This document shows, piece by piece, positions 21,514-31,960 of a stretch of 49,672 nucleotides of DNA. Each line of letters opens with the position of its first letter. Position 1 is the stretch's first letter. Position numbers and translations under genes: made by a program. The DNA lies in NCBI GenBank assembly GCA_963749705.1, contig CAVVNQ010000019.1, positions 1 to 49,672 on the forward strand. Reading direction: 5' to 3'. The stretch comes from an uncultured Chloroflexia bacterium (GTDB taxonomy: Bacteria > Chloroflexota > Limnocylindria > Limnocylindrales > CSP1-4). The notes under the pieces are model-generated. The model searched no databases. It had not been told where the DNA came from and saw nothing but the letters and a program-made list of their open reading frames with translations.

Positions 21514-22574
21514 CCGGCCCCCTCGTGCTCGCCGTCGAGTCCAGCTGCGACGAGACCGGGATCGCCGTGATCGAGGACGGCCGGCGGATCCACGCCAACG
21601 TCGTGGCCAGCCAGGTCGCGCTCCACGCACCGACCGGGGGGATCGTCCCCGAGGTCGCCGCGCGGGCCCACCTGCGCTGGATCGTGCCCGTGCTCGACGA
21701 GGCGCTCCAGACCGCCGGCGTGACGCCGCGGGACCTGGATGCCGTCGCGGTGACCTACGGGCCCGGCCTCGCCGGGTCGCTGCTGGTGGGGATCAACTTC
21801 GCCAAGACCCTCGCCTGGGCGCACGGCAAGCCGCTGGTCGCGGTCAACCACCTCGAGGGACACGTCTACGCGGGCTGGCTGCTCGACCCGGGGGAGGACG
21901 AGCGCGAGGCGCCGCCGTTCCCGCTGGTCGCGCTGGTCGTCTCCGGCGGGCACACCTTCCTGGCCGAGATGCGCGACCACCTCACCTACCGGCTGCTCGG
22001 CCAGACCGTCGACGACGCCGCCGGCGAGGCGTTCGACAAGGTCGGCCGGCTGCTCGGGCTGGGCTACCCGGGCGGGCCGGCCATCTCGCGTGCGGCGGAG
22101 GGTGCGGTCGCCCGTGACCGGGTGTTCCCACGGGCCTGGATGCGGGACACGTTCGACCTCAGCTTCTCGGGGCTCAAGACGGCGGCTCGCCGGATCATCG
22201 CGAGCGCCCGTGCCGACGAGGGCCTGCCGGCCGACGAACGGGAGGGCGAGCTCCCTGCGGCCGTGACCGCCGAGCTCGCCTGGGGCTTTCAGGACTCGGT
22301 CGTCGACGTGCTCGCGACCAAGACGATCCGCGCCGCCGAGGCGATCGGCGCCCGGGGCATCGTGCTCGGCGGCGGCGTCGCGGCCAACGCGGAGCTGCGG
22401 GCCCGGATCTCGGGCGAGGCGGCGGCGCGCGGGCTCGCGCTGGTGATCCCGCGCCCGGGCCTGTGCACCGACAACGGGGCGATGATCGGTGCCGCCGGTG
22501 CGCGGCGGTTCGCGGCCGGTGCCCGCGCGGGACTCGACCTCGACGCCCGGCCATCGCTGCCGCTCGCCCGATGA
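21510..22574 (+). CDS. tsaD: tRNA N6-adenosine threonylcarbamoyltransferase TsaD
   Basis: ESSCDETG, GGIVPEVAARAH, NHLEGH, VSGGHT, DDAAGEAFDK, CTDNGAMI. Confidence 0.97.
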   Translation: MTGPLVLAVESSCDETGIAVIEDGRRIHANVVASQVALHAPTGGIVPEVAARAHLRWIVPVLDEALQTAGVTPRDLDAVAVTYGPGLAGSLLVGINFAKTLAWAHGKPLVAVNHLEGHVYAGWLLDPGEDEREAPPFPLVALVVSGGHTFLAEMRDHLTYRLLGQTVDDAAGEAFDKVGRLLGLGYPGGPAISRAAEGAVARDRVFPRAWMRDTFDLSFSGLKTAARRIIASARADEGLPADEREGELPAAVTAELAWGFQDSVVDVLATKTIRAAEAIGARGIVLGGGVAANAELRARISGEAAARGLALVIPRPGLCTDNGAMIGAAGARRFAAGARAGLDLDARPSLPLAR

Positions 22575-23452
22575 CCACGGGTCACGGCGCCGGCGCGCTG
22601 CGGCTCGATCCGCTCCACGTGCGCCGGACGCTGCGCGAGGCCGGCCTCCGGGCGCGCCACAACCTGAGCCAGAACTTCCTGGCCGATGTCGACGTGCTCG
22701 AGGGGATCCTCGCGGAAGCCGACCCGGATCCCGCTCGCGGCGTGCTCGAGATCGGGCCGGGGCTGGGGTTCCTGACCGGTGGCCTGCTCGCCGCGGGGGC
22801 GCGGGTCACGGCCGTCGAGCTCGATCGGGGCCTGGTCGCGATCCTCCGCGAGCGGCTCGACCCCGAGCTCGCGTCGGGTGCGCTCCGGATCGTCGAAGGC
22901 GACGCGCTCGACCAGGACCTCGTCAACCTCGTGCCACCGCCGTACGACGTGGTCGCGAACCTGCCATACCACATCACCAGCCCGATCCTGCACCGGCTGC
23001 TGGGCAGCCCGCCCCGAGCCGAGCGGCTCGTGCTCATGGTCCAGCGCGAGGTCGCCGAGCGGATCTCCGCTGCGCCGGGCGGGATGTCCTACCTGTCGGT
23101 GTTCGTCCAGTACCACGCCAAGGCGCGGATCGCGTTCCGCGTCCCGCCCGAGGCGTTCGAGCCCGCCCCCAAGGTGGGCTCGGCCGTGCTCGTGCTCGAG
23201 CCGTACGCGATGGACGACCGGCTCGATCCGGCCGCCGAGGATCACCTGTGGCGCGTCGTCCAGGCCGCCTTCCGAGAGCGCCGCAAGATGCTCCACAACG
23301 TGCTCGTCCGCCAGCTGCCCATCCCGCCCGAGCGAGTGCACGCGGCCCTCGAGGCCGTCGGGATCGCCGGCGACCGGCGTCCGCAGACCGTGGCGGTCGG
23401 GGAGTGGATCGCGCTCGCCGAGGCCCTGGGTCCCATCGCGGGCGACCGATGA
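22571..23452 (+). CDS. rsmA: 16S rRNA (adenine1518/1519-N6)-dimethyltransferase
   Basis: ATG 22571; [42 protein letters not shown]. Confidence 0.95.
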   Translation: MTTGHGAGALRLDPLHVRRTLREAGLRARHNLSQNFLADVDVLEGILAEADPDPARGVLEIGPGLGFLTGGLLAAGARVTAVELDRGLVAILRERLDPELASGALRIVEGDALDQDLVNLVPPPYDVVANLPYHITSPILHRLLGSPPRAERLVLMVQREVAERISAAPGGMSYLSVFVQYHAKARIAFRVPPEAFEPAPKVGSAVLVLEPYAMDDRLDPAAEDHLWRVVQAAFRERRKMLHNVLVRQLPIPPERVHAALEAVGIAGDRRPQTVAVGEWIALAEALGPIAGDR

Positions 23453-24492
23453 GCGTGGAGCCGCCCGACCCGGCCGGTCACCCCGACCCGGCGCGCCGCC
23501 TTGCTCCGGCGATCCGGCTCGCACCCGCCAAGGTCAACCTGACCCTGGCCGTCCTGGGTCGCCGCGCCGACGGCTACCACGACCTGCACAGCGTGATGGT
23601 CCCGGTCGACCTCGCGGATCGGCTGTCGGTGTCGATCCTGCCGCCCGGCGCATCGGACACCCTGCACGTGACCGGGTTCGACCCGGGTCCGGTGACCGAC
23701 AACCTCGTGCTGCGGGCGATCGCCGCGGCGCGCCGCGCCGCGCGCCCCGCGTGGGGCCGGCCGGACCCGCCGCCGGCGCTGGCGGCGCTGCTGGACAAGC
23801 GGATCCCGGTCGCTGCCGGGCTCGCCGGCGGCTCGTCAGACGCGGCGGCCGCGATCGAGGCCGCGCTCGATGCCTGGTCCGTGGAGCTGGACGGCGACGG
23901 GCGCCGCCGGCTCGCGCTCGAGATCGGTTCGGACGTCCCGTTCTTCCTGGCCGCCGGGCCGGCGCTGGTCGAGGGACGCGGCGAACGGGTCACGCCGCTG
24001 GCCTGGCTGCGCGATCACGATGGAAGCCCGGACCGGCCCGGGCTGCTGCTCGTCACGCCGGCGGTTGCGATCGCGACGCCCGCGGTGTTCGCGGCATGGG
24101 ACGCCGGGGCACGGGTCGCGGGCGGCGCTGCGCGCCTCGCGTCCGCGCACCTCGCCGAGGAGCTCCGGACCGGTCTCCGCGTGCCGGACCTGCTGGTCCG
24201 CGCATCCGTGCTCGCGGCATCCAACGACCTCGCGCCGGCCGCGTCGGTGATCGCGCCCGAGCTGGTGCCGTTCCGGCGGGCGCTGCTGCGGCTGCTGTCG
24301 CGGCCTGTCGGCGTGTCGGGGTCGGGGCCGACCCACTGGGCGCTCTATCCTTCACATGCCGAGGCGGCGGCGGCGGCCGAGCAGGTGCGCACGTCGATCG
24401 CCGCCGGCGACCTGCCCGGCCCGGGCACGCAGGCGGCGTTCGTGGCAGCCGTCCGGATCCTCGCCCACGACCACACGCGGAGGAACCAATGA
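23449..24492 (+). CDS. ispE: 4-diphosphocytidyl-2-C-methyl-D-erythritol kinase
   Basis: ATG 23449; APAKVNLTL...[40 protein letters not shown]. Confidence 0.93.
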   Translation: MSVEPPDPAGHPDPARRLAPAIRLAPAKVNLTLAVLGRRADGYHDLHSVMVPVDLADRLSVSILPPGASDTLHVTGFDPGPVTDNLVLRAIAAARRAARPAWGRPDPPPALAALLDKRIPVAAGLAGGSSDAAAAIEAALDAWSVELDGDGRRRLALEIGSDVPFFLAAGPALVEGRGERVTPLAWLRDHDGSPDRPGLLLVTPAVAIATPAVFAAWDAGARVAGGAARLASAHLAEELRTGLRVPDLLVRASVLAASNDLAPAASVIAPELVPFRRALLRLLSRPVGVSGSGPTHWALYPSHAEAAAAAEQVRTSIAAGDLPGPGTQAAFVAAVRILAHDHTRRNQ

Positions 24493-24875
24493 ACCCCCAG
24501 GCAATCTCCACGGCCGGCGCCCCCGCCGCCATCGGTCCCTACAGCCAGGCGATCGCGAGCGGCGACCTCCTGTTCTGCAGTGGCCAGCTGGGCCTCGACC
24601 CCGGGACGGGCGAGCTCGCGGACGGCGTCGAGGCGCAGGCCGACCGCGCGATGCGCAACCTCGTGGCCGTGCTCGATGCCGGCGGCGCCACGCTCGCCGA
24701 CGTGGTCAAGACCACGATCTTCCTGGCCGACATCGCGGACTTTGCGGCCGTGAACGCCGTGTACGGCCGGTATGTCCCGGATCCGCCGCCGGCTCGCTCG
24801 ACGGTCCAGGTCGCGGCGTTGCCCAAGGGAGGCCGGGTCGAGATCGAGGCGATCGCGCGTCGGCCGGGACGTTGA
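24489..24875 (+). CDS. ridA: RidA/YjgF family imine deaminase
   Basis: ATG 24489; [46 protein letters not shown]. Confidence 0.93.
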   Translation: MNPQAISTAGAPAAIGPYSQAIASGDLLFCSGQLGLDPGTGELADGVEAQADRAMRNLVAVLDAGGATLADVVKTTIFLADIADFAAVNAVYGRYVPDPPPARSTVQVAALPKGGRVEIEAIARRPGR

Positions 24876-24903
24876 TCGCGATTCCCGCGCGGGCGTCCGT
24901 CGG

Positions 24904-24933
24904 TTGACACCCGCGCACGACCGCCCGCAGAAT
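24904..24933 (+). promoter_or_regulatory. Sigma70-type promoter upstream of glmU
   Basis: TTGACA (24904-24909), 18-nt spacer, CAGAAT (24928-24933). Confidence 0.5.
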
Positions 24934-25031
24934 CGGCCGCGCCACCTCATGACGACCACGGACGCACTCTCGGACACCGCCGCCGCACCACCTGCGGTCG
25001 GCCCCGTGCGGCTGGCCCGGCGCCGCACCCC

Positions 25032-26488
25032 GTGACCCCCGCGAGTCCGAAGCCGCCCGAGGGGCGGATCGTCGCCGTTGTCATGGCCGCGGGCCTCGGG
25101 ACCCGGATGCGGTCGGACCTGCCCAAGGTGCTCCACGCGATCTGCGGCCGTCCGATGATCGACTACGTCCTCGATGCGGCCATCGCGGCGACCGGTGGAC
25201 GCCCGCTGGTTGTCGGTCCCCCGAGCGGCGACGCCGTGGCCCGCGCGGTCGCCTCGCGGGCGGACACCGCCGTGCAGGCCGAGCCACGCGGGACCGGGGA
25301 CGCGCTGCGGGCCGGCGCTCGCCGAGCGTGCCCGACTCGGTCGACCAGATCCTCGTCCTGTCGGGTGACGTGCCGCTCGTGCGCGCGGAGCTCCTGTCAG
25401 GGCTGCTCGAGGCGCGGGCGCTCGATCACGCGGCGATCGCCCTGGTCGCGGTCGATGCGATCGACCCCACGGGCCTGGGCCGGGTCGTCCGCAACGAGGG
25501 GGGCACCGTGGAGCGCGTGGTCGAGGACAAGGACGCCTCGGACGAGGAGCGCCAGATCACCGAGATCAACGCCGGGCTGTACGCGTTTGACGCGACGTGG
25601 CTCCGGCGACGGATCGGGGACCTCCAGCCGTCGGCCGCGACGGGTGAGCTGTACCTGACCGACCTCGTGGGGCTCGCGCGCGAGGACGGCCGCCTCGTTG
25701 CCGCGCTCGACGTCGACGACGACGGGCGGCTGATGGGGATCAACGACCGGTCGCAGCTTGCCCGCGCGGAATGGGACATGCGGGTCGACCTCAACGATCG
25801 CTGGATGCGTGCCGGGGTGACCATGACCGACCCGTCCACCGTGTACATCGACCACGCGGTGGAGCTCGCCCGGGACGTCGTCCTCGAGCCCAACGTGATC
25901 CTTCGCGGCGCGACGCGAGTGGGGGAGCGGACGCGGATCGCCGCCGGCTCGCAGGTCTTCGAATCGGTCATCGGATCGGATTGCGTGATCTGGGCCAGCG
26001 TCATCGAGCGGTCCGTGGTCGAGGACGAGGTGACCATCGGGCCCTTCTCGCATCTCCGGCCCGGCGCGCACGTCGGACGGCGCTCGGAGATCGGCAACTA
26101 CGCGGAGATCAAGAACAGCCGCCTCGGCGAGCACGTGCGCCAGCATCACAACAGCTACCTGGGCGATGCCGATGTCGGCGCGGAGACCAACGTCGGCGCG
26201 GGCACGATCACCGCCAACTACGACGGCACGCACAAGCACCGGACGACGATCGGCGAGGGCGTGTTCCTGGGCGTCGACACCATGCTCCGGGCGCCGGTGA
26301 CGCTGGGCGACGGCTCGAAGACCGGCGCCGGGGCCGTGGTCACCCGGGACGTCCCGCCCGGCAAGCTCGCCGTCGGGGTGCCCGCGAGGGTCCGGGAGCC
26401 GCGTCCGACGGCTGCGCCCGAGCCGGGCTCGTCCGATGGTTCGGGTGACGTGGCGCCCGGTGGCACACCGGATGGTGGGGCCCGTTGA
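25032..26488 (+). pseudogene. glmU: Bifunctional GlmU, split by an apparent frameshift at ~25314-25324 (probably sequencing error)
   Basis: Frame from 25032 gives [18 protein letters not shown]...[10 protein letters not shown]; frame from 25328 gives [22 protein letters not shown], hexapeptide repeats, GAGTITANYDG. Confidence 0.9.
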
Positions 26489-27822
26489 GCTTCCCCGCCG
26501 GCGAGATCCTGTTCCTGGTCGTCCTGACCCTGCTCGAGGGCTTCTTCGTCGCGGCCGAGATCGCCCTCGTGTCGCTCCGCCGAAGCCGGATCGAGCAGCT
26601 CGTCGAGGAGGGCCAGCCCGGCGCGCGGCGCGTCCGTCGGCTGGTCCAGGACCTCGGCCGGTCGCTCGCCGTGATCCAGCTTGGTCTGACGTTCATCGGC
26701 TTCCTGGCCTCGGCCTATGCCGCGATCAGCCTGAGCGAGGGGCTCTCGCGGCTGCTGGTCTCGGCCGGCATCGACAAGGGGACGGCCGAACCCGTCGCGC
26801 TGCTGGTCGTGACGGTCATCCTCGCCCTGTTCACGATCGTGTTCGCGGAGCTCGTTCCCAAGACCCTCGCGCTCGCCCATCCCGAGCGGTTCGCGCTCGT
26901 GCTGGCGGGGCCGCTCGACCTCATGGGACGCGTGCTCGGGCCCGTCGTGGCCCTGCTGACCGGGATCACCCGGGCCGTGACCCGGACGCTGGGCGAGGAT
27001 GTCAACGCCGAGGCCCAGATCACCGCGGAGGAGCTGCGGCTGATCGTGGTACGGGGCGGAGAGCAGGGGATCCTCGAGGCCGAGGAGGAGCAGATGATCA
27101 ACGCGGTCATCGAGCTCGGCGACCGGCGGATCCACGAGGTCATGGTTCCCCGCACCGCCATCCTCGGCCTGCGTGCCGAGGCGACCTTCGACGACGCGAT
27201 CGACCTGATCGTCGAGGGCGGCCACTCGCGGGTCCCGGTCTACGAGGACTCGATCGACGAGGTCATCGGGATCCTGTACGCGAAGGACCTGCTGCCGTTC
27301 CTCAAGACGAGCAGTGACGCACGGCCCAATCTTCGCGGAATGCTCCGGACCCCGGTGTTCGTCCCCGAGTCGATGTCGATCGATGACCTGCTTCGCGAGT
27401 TCCAGCGGCGAAAGGTGCACATCGCGATCGTGCTCGACGAGTACGGCGGCGTTGCGGGCCTGGTCACGATCGAGGACCTGCTCGAGGAGATCGTGGGCGA
27501 GATCCAGGACGAGTACGACGTCGAGGAGCCGCTGGTCGAGCGCATCGACGACGACCGGGCGCGGATCGACGGGCGTGCCTCGATCGACGACATGCTCGAC
27601 CTGTTCGAGCTCAAGCTCCAGCTCGAGGACGAGGACGAGTACGACACCGTCGGCGGGCTTGTGTACCACCGGGTCGGCGGCGTGCCGCAGCCGGGTGACG
27701 AGGTCCAGATCGACGGGCTGCGGCTGACGGTCGAGACCACCGATGGGCGGCGCGTGGGCAAGGTGCTGGTGGTCATCGACCGGCACGTCGACGACGAGTC
27801 CGCGGAAGACGGCGAGGAGTAG
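26485..27822 (+). CDS. Hemolysin/CNNM family transporter (DUF21-CBS-CBS-CorC)
   Basis: TTG start; GFFVAAEIAL, IVFAELVPK, MVPRT, HSRVPVY, VLDEYGG..GLVTIEDLLEEIVGEIQDEYD. Confidence 0.93.
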   Translation: MSFPAGEILFLVVLTLLEGFFVAAEIALVSLRRSRIEQLVEEGQPGARRVRRLVQDLGRSLAVIQLGLTFIGFLASAYAAISLSEGLSRLLVSAGIDKGTAEPVALLVVTVILALFTIVFAELVPKTLALAHPERFALVLAGPLDLMGRVLGPVVALLTGITRAVTRTLGEDVNAEAQITAEELRLIVVRGGEQGILEAEEEQMINAVIELGDRRIHEVMVPRTAILGLRAEATFDDAIDLIVEGGHSRVPVYEDSIDEVIGILYAKDLLPFLKTSSDARPNLRGMLRTPVFVPESMSIDDLLREFQRRKVHIAIVLDEYGGVAGLVTIEDLLEEIVGEIQDEYDVEEPLVERIDDDRARIDGRASIDDMLDLFELKLQLEDEDEYDTVGGLVYHRVGGVPQPGDEVQIDGLRLTVETTDGRRVGKVLVVIDRHVDDESAEDGEE

Positions 27823-27843
27823 CCCGCGCGCTCGTTGGTGGTC

Positions 27844-27903
27844 GTCAGGCGCGAGTGCGCCGTCAGGCGGCGTGCGCGGTCAGGCGGCGTGCGGGGTCAG
27901 GCG
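27844..27903. repeat. Four-copy 17-18-bp tandem repeat spanning the polyprenyl synthase stop codon
   Basis: gtcaggcg core at 27844, 27862, 27879, 27896; last copy contains the minus-strand TGA. Confidence 0.8.
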
Positions 27904-28919
27904 CTGATCACCGACACGATGATCTGGTGGAGGCGGTCCCTGGCCGCGGACTCGATCACGTCGAGGCCGTCCAGCTCGGCCAGGGCCTCGTCCCGGTGGC
28001 GGTGCGCCTCGGAGCGCGTGAAGGTCTCGGCTCCCGCGCGATCCAGGATGGCCACGATCTCGGCAACCTCCGCCGCGCCCGGATCGTCGGTCCGGTACAG
28101 CACGCCCAGCCTCGCCCGATCGGCCGGATCCGCGTGCTCGAACGCGTACAGCACGGGCAGCGTCTTCTTGTGCCGCGCCACGTCGGTCGGCTCCTTGCCC
28201 GTCGCCCGCTCCTCGCCCCAGATCCCCAGCAGGTCGTCGTTGAGCTGGAACGCCAGCCCCAGCGCCCACCCGAACCGGCGATAGGCGCCGATCACCTGCT
28301 CGTCGTCAGTCGCCAGCAGCGCGCCGGCCTCGATCGATGCCGAGATCAGCGCCGCCGTCTTGCGCCCGATCATGTCGAAGTAGAGCTCGACCGTCATCGG
28401 CTCGGCCGCGGCCGAGGTGGCGATGTCGATGTACTGCCCCTCGCACAGCAGGACGCACGTCTCGTCGTACAGGCGCATCAGCCGCAGGACCTTGGTGTCG
28501 CTGAACCCGAGGTCCGTGAGGCGGTGGAGCGCGACCCGCGACAGGCTGAAGATGAGGTCCCCGGTGTTGATCGCCTGCGGGATGCCATGGAGCGACCACA
28601 GCGTGGCGCGGTGTCGGCGCTCGACATCGCCGTCCTCGATGTCGTCGTGGACGAGGCTGAAGTTGTGGCCCAGCTCCACGGCCGCCGCGCCGGGCAGCGC
28701 CGCCGCATGGTCGCCGGCGATCGAGGCGTATGCCAGCAGGCCGAGCAGGGGGCGCATCCGCTTGCCGCGTGGACCGTCGGATCCGTCCAGGCCCAGGTGG
28801 TAGCGGATCATCTCGTACACGCCGACCGTTGATGGATCCCGGTCCCGGACGACGCGCAGGATCTCCGACTCGGTGTCGGCCAGCAGGACGGAGAGGTCGA
28901 TATCGTTGGAGACCGTCAT
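27897..28919 (-). CDS. Polyprenyl (GGPP-type) diphosphate synthase
   Basis: ATG 28919; GKRMRP, first motif HNFSLVHDDIED...RR, GQYID, KTAAL, FQLNDD, KKTLP. Confidence 0.93.
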   Translation of the reverse strand: MTVSNDIDLSVLLADTESEILRVVRDRDPSTVGVYEMIRYHLGLDGSDGPRGKRMRPLLGLLAYASIAGDHAAALPGAAAVELGHNFSLVHDDIEDGDVERRHRATLWSLHGIPQAINTGDLIFSLSRVALHRLTDLGFSDTKVLRLMRLYDETCVLLCEGQYIDIATSAAAEPMTVELYFDMIGRKTAALISASIEAGALLATDDEQVIGAYRRFGWALGLAFQLNDDLLGIWGEERATGKEPTDVARHKKTLPVLYAFEHADPADRARLGVLYRTDDPGAAEVAEIVAILDRAGAETFTRSEAHRHRDEALAELDGLDVIESAARDRLHQIIVSVISA

Positions 28920-28928
28920 GTGCCGTGA

Positions 28929-28934
28929 AGTGTA
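28929..28934 (-). promoter_or_regulatory. -10 hexamer for polyprenyl synthase
   Basis: TACACT on minus strand 9 nt before ATG. Confidence 0.5.
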
Positions 28935-29375
28935 GCGGCTTCGGACGCAAACGTGTTCGTCGAAGGTAGCCTGTTGGATGCGTCGGCCGCCGGGGGTGCC
29001 GGGCGTGCGGCGCCGGGCGTTGGCGGCGTGCGTGGCCACGGGCGCTACCTCCGCCCCGGGGTGCCGGGCGCTGGCCGCGGGCGCTGTCTCCCGGCAGGCA
29101 TCACCCCGGTCGCCGTGGCGTCGGACCGATGCTCCGAGGGCGACAGCACGACCGAAATGGACCCGCAACCAGGCCGTCCTTGGGCCTCATGACGACCACC
29201 GGGCATCGGGAACGCGGCCAGTCGCGGTTTCTGACGCTCACGAGCGATCGGGCGCGAGGGCGCGAGGGCGCGATGGACGGGCGATCGGGCGCGAGGGCGA
29301 GCGGACCGCCGGGCAGAGGCGGGACTCCGGCCGGCTTCCCGCGCGGGGACGCGAAGGGACGCCGTGCTCCGGGAG

Positions 29376-29384
29376 TGCTAGCGT
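29376..29384 (+). promoter_or_regulatory. Extended -10, probable leaderless recO
   Basis: TGcTAGCGT 6 nt before GTG 29391. Confidence 0.45.
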
Positions 29385-29390
29385 GATCGC

Positions 29391-30176
29391 GTGCCCGTGC
29401 CCCGCCGCTATGTGACCGACGCCATCGTCCTGTCGCGCTTCGACCTTGGCGAGGCTGACCGCGTCCTGACGCTGATCACGCCCCAGCACGGCAAGCTCAA
29501 GGCCATCGCGAAGGGCATCCGGCGGCCCACCTCGCGTCTCGGGGGCTCGCTCGAGCCGTTCGCCGAGCTGACCGTCGTCCTGGCCCGCGGCCGGACGTTC
29601 GACGTGGTCACCGAGGTCCGCGTCGGCCACGCGTGGCTGGGTCTTCGCGATCGCCTCGAGAGCACCGCGACCGCGTGGTACCTGGCTGAGCTCGCCGACC
29701 GGTCGCTCGAGGAGCGCCACGAGGCGGAGCCGCTGTACGCCCTCCTCCGCCGCGCGTACGAGCTGCTCGACGCCGGCATGGCGCCGGGCCGCGTCGCGCG
29801 CTGGTACGAGATGTACCTCGCCGACGAGCTCGGCCAGCGGCCCGAGGTGGATCGCTGCGTCGAGTGCGACCGGATGCTCGAGACGTCCGAGACGTTCCGC
29901 TGGGTGCCGCCGCTGGGCGGCGTGCTGTGTGCTCGCTGCCCGGGTCCGCCGGCGGACCGGACCCGCCTGACGCTCGAGGCGCTCAAGGTGCTCAAGGCGT
30001 ACCAGCGGCTGGACGTCGAGGCGATCGCCGGGATCCGGCTGCCGGACGATGTCGAGCGCGAGGTCGAGGGCGCGATGCGCGAGTTCATCCGCGTTGCCCT
30101 GGAGCGAGACGCCCGCTCACTGGCGTTCCTGGACGAGGTACGGTCGCGGTCGGCCGCAAGGCCGGCGCCGGCCTGA
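29391..30176 (+). CDS. recO: DNA repair protein RecO
   Basis: AIVLSRFDLGEADRVLTL...GKLKAIAKGIRRPTSRLGGSLEPF; Zn finger CVEC...CARC. Confidence 0.95.
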   Translation: MPVPRRYVTDAIVLSRFDLGEADRVLTLITPQHGKLKAIAKGIRRPTSRLGGSLEPFAELTVVLARGRTFDVVTEVRVGHAWLGLRDRLESTATAWYLAELADRSLEERHEAEPLYALLRRAYELLDAGMAPGRVARWYEMYLADELGQRPEVDRCVECDRMLETSETFRWVPPLGGVLCARCPGPPADRTRLTLEALKVLKAYQRLDVEAIAGIRLPDDVEREVEGAMREFIRVALERDARSLAFLDEVRSRSAARPAPA

Positions 30177-30195
30177 ACGAGAAGGAGCCCACAAC

Positions 30196-30621
30196 GTGGT
30201 ATTCGATTCCGGCAGCGAGGCCGATGCGCACGCCCTGGAGCGCCTCCGGTCGGACATGATCGGCTGGCTCACCACCGTGACGCCCGATGGCCAGCCCCAG
30301 ACGTTTCCCATCTGGTTCCTGTGGGAGGACGGGGAGGCCCTGATCTTCAGCGATCGGCGCGCCAAGCGTCTGGTCAACATCCGGGCGAACCCGCGCGTCA
30401 GCCTTCACCTGGGTGACGACCGCAAGGGTGGGGACGTGGTCATCGTCGAGGGCGAGGCCAGGATCGACGACGCGACGCCGCCGCTCCCGGAGCACACCGC
30501 CTACCTCGCGAAGTACGGCGAGTGGATCACTGAGCAGCTGGGGTCGGCGGAGGAGATGGCGACGATCTACAACGTGCCGCTGCGCATCCGGCCGACCCGC
30601 GGTCTCGCGTTCGGCGCGTGA
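30196..30621 (+). CDS. PPOX-class F420-dependent oxidoreductase (Rv3369/TIGR03667-like)
   Basis: GTG after AAGGAG; IGWLTTVTPDGQPQ..PIWF, NIRANPRVSLH, GGDVVIVEGEA, YLAKY. Confidence 0.85.
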   Translation: MVFDSGSEADAHALERLRSDMIGWLTTVTPDGQPQTFPIWFLWEDGEALIFSDRRAKRLVNIRANPRVSLHLGDDRKGGDVVIVEGEARIDDATPPLPEHTAYLAKYGEWITEQLGSAEEMATIYNVPLRIRPTRGLAFGA

Positions 30622-30688
30622 GCCAGGTCACGCGTCGGGGCGGGGCTTCGCGCCCGCGCCGGATGGCGCGCAGCGACCCGGCGCCAGG

Positions 30689-31873
30689 ATGAGCGCGAGG
30701 ACCCGGGCGATGCTCGCCGGCGCGGTCGCCGGGGCCGGTGCGCTGTCCGTCGCCCGGCCGGTCCTGGACGCGCTGTTCGGCCAGGTCGACGGGCGCCTGA
30801 ACCGGGTGCATCCGTCCCGGGATGCCGTGGTGTCCGATCGAGCCCGCGCGCTCCACGGGACCCTGCGCGTCGCCGACCTCCACGCCGACTCGCTGCTGTG
30901 GGGCCGCGACCTCAACGTGTGGGGCGATCGCGGCCACGCCGACGTCCCGCGGCTCGCCGCCGGAGGGGTTGCGCTCCAGGTGCTGTCGGCGGCGGTCAAG
31001 GCTCCCGTGCGCCTGCGCCTCGAGGGGAACGACGGCCGGAGCGACGCCGTCCTCGCGCTCGCGCTGGCCAGGCGCTGGCCCCGCGCGACGTGGCGCAGCC
31101 TGCTCGCCCGCGCCTACCTCCTCGCCCTCCGTGCGGACGCCTTCGCCGCCGCGTCGGGCGGCGCCTTTCGCCTCGTCCGGACTCGCGACGATCTTGCGGC
31201 GTTCCTCGAGGACCGGGCCACGAACCCCGCGCTGGTCGCCGGGCTGCTGTCGATCGAGGGGGCGCACGCCCTCGACGGCGACCCGGACAACCTCGACCAC
31301 CTGGTCGACCTCGGCTACCGGATGCTGTCGCCCGCGCATTTCTTCGACACCGCGTTCGGCGGCTCGGCCCACGGGATCGGCGGCGGGCTCACGGCCGTCG
31401 GGCGCGAGCTGGTGGGGCGGATGGAGGCGCGCGGGGTCATCCTCGACCTGGCCCACTGCTCGGCGGCCACGATCGACGATGCGCTGGCCGTCTCGACCCG
31501 CCCCGTCATCGCGTCGCACACCGGCGTCCGGGGCGTCGCCGACAACGTCCGGAACCTGCCCGACGCGCAGCTGGCCGGGATCGCCGCCACCGGCGGGCTG
31601 GTGGGCATCGGCTTCTGGCGCACGGCGTGCGGCGGAGACGACGCCGCGTCCATCGCGCGGTCGATCGCCTACGCGGTGGACCGGATCGGCGCCGATCACG
31701 TGGCCCTCGGATCCGACTGGGACGGTGCGGTCGCGGTCCCGTTCGATGCGGCGGGCACGATCCTGCTCACCGACGCGCTGCTCGAGGCCGGCCTCGACGA
31801 GGCGACGATCCGGGCCGTGATGGGCGAGAACGTCCTGCGCTTCCTGGCCGGCGCGCTGCCGGCTGCCGCCTGA
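30689..31873 (+). CDS. Membrane dipeptidase (peptidase M19)
   Basis: DLHADSL, SIEGAH, DLAHCS, ASHTG, RNL, LGSDWDG, MGENVLRF; hydrophobic N-terminus. Confidence 0.9.
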   Translation: MSARTRAMLAGAVAGAGALSVARPVLDALFGQVDGRLNRVHPSRDAVVSDRARALHGTLRVADLHADSLLWGRDLNVWGDRGHADVPRLAAGGVALQVLSAAVKAPVRLRLEGNDGRSDAVLALALARRWPRATWRSLLARAYLLALRADAFAAASGGAFRLVRTRDDLAAFLEDRATNPALVAGLLSIEGAHALDGDPDNLDHLVDLGYRMLSPAHFFDTAFGGSAHGIGGGLTAVGRELVGRMEARGVILDLAHCSAATIDDALAVSTRPVIASHTGVRGVADNVRNLPDAQLAGIAATGGLVGIGFWRTACGGDDAASIARSIAYAVDRIGADHVALGSDWDGAVAVPFDAAGTILLTDALLEAGLDEATIRAVMGENVLRFLAGALPAAA

Positions 31874-31902
31874 CCCCCGGTCGACCCCCGGTCGAGCGCG
31901 GC

Positions 31903-31911
31903 TGCTAGGAT
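31903..31911 (+). promoter_or_regulatory. Extended -10 promoter for glyQS
   Basis: TGcTAGGAT 50 nt upstream of start. Confidence 0.5.
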
Positions 31912-31960
31912 CAGGTTCCCGCGCGGCCATGCCACGGTCGCGTATCAGCGGAGAGACCCC

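Noticed and set aside
31874-31960. T-box riboswitch before glyQS
   Set aside because: Leader is about 45 nt and has no GGTGGNACCGCG T-box sequence
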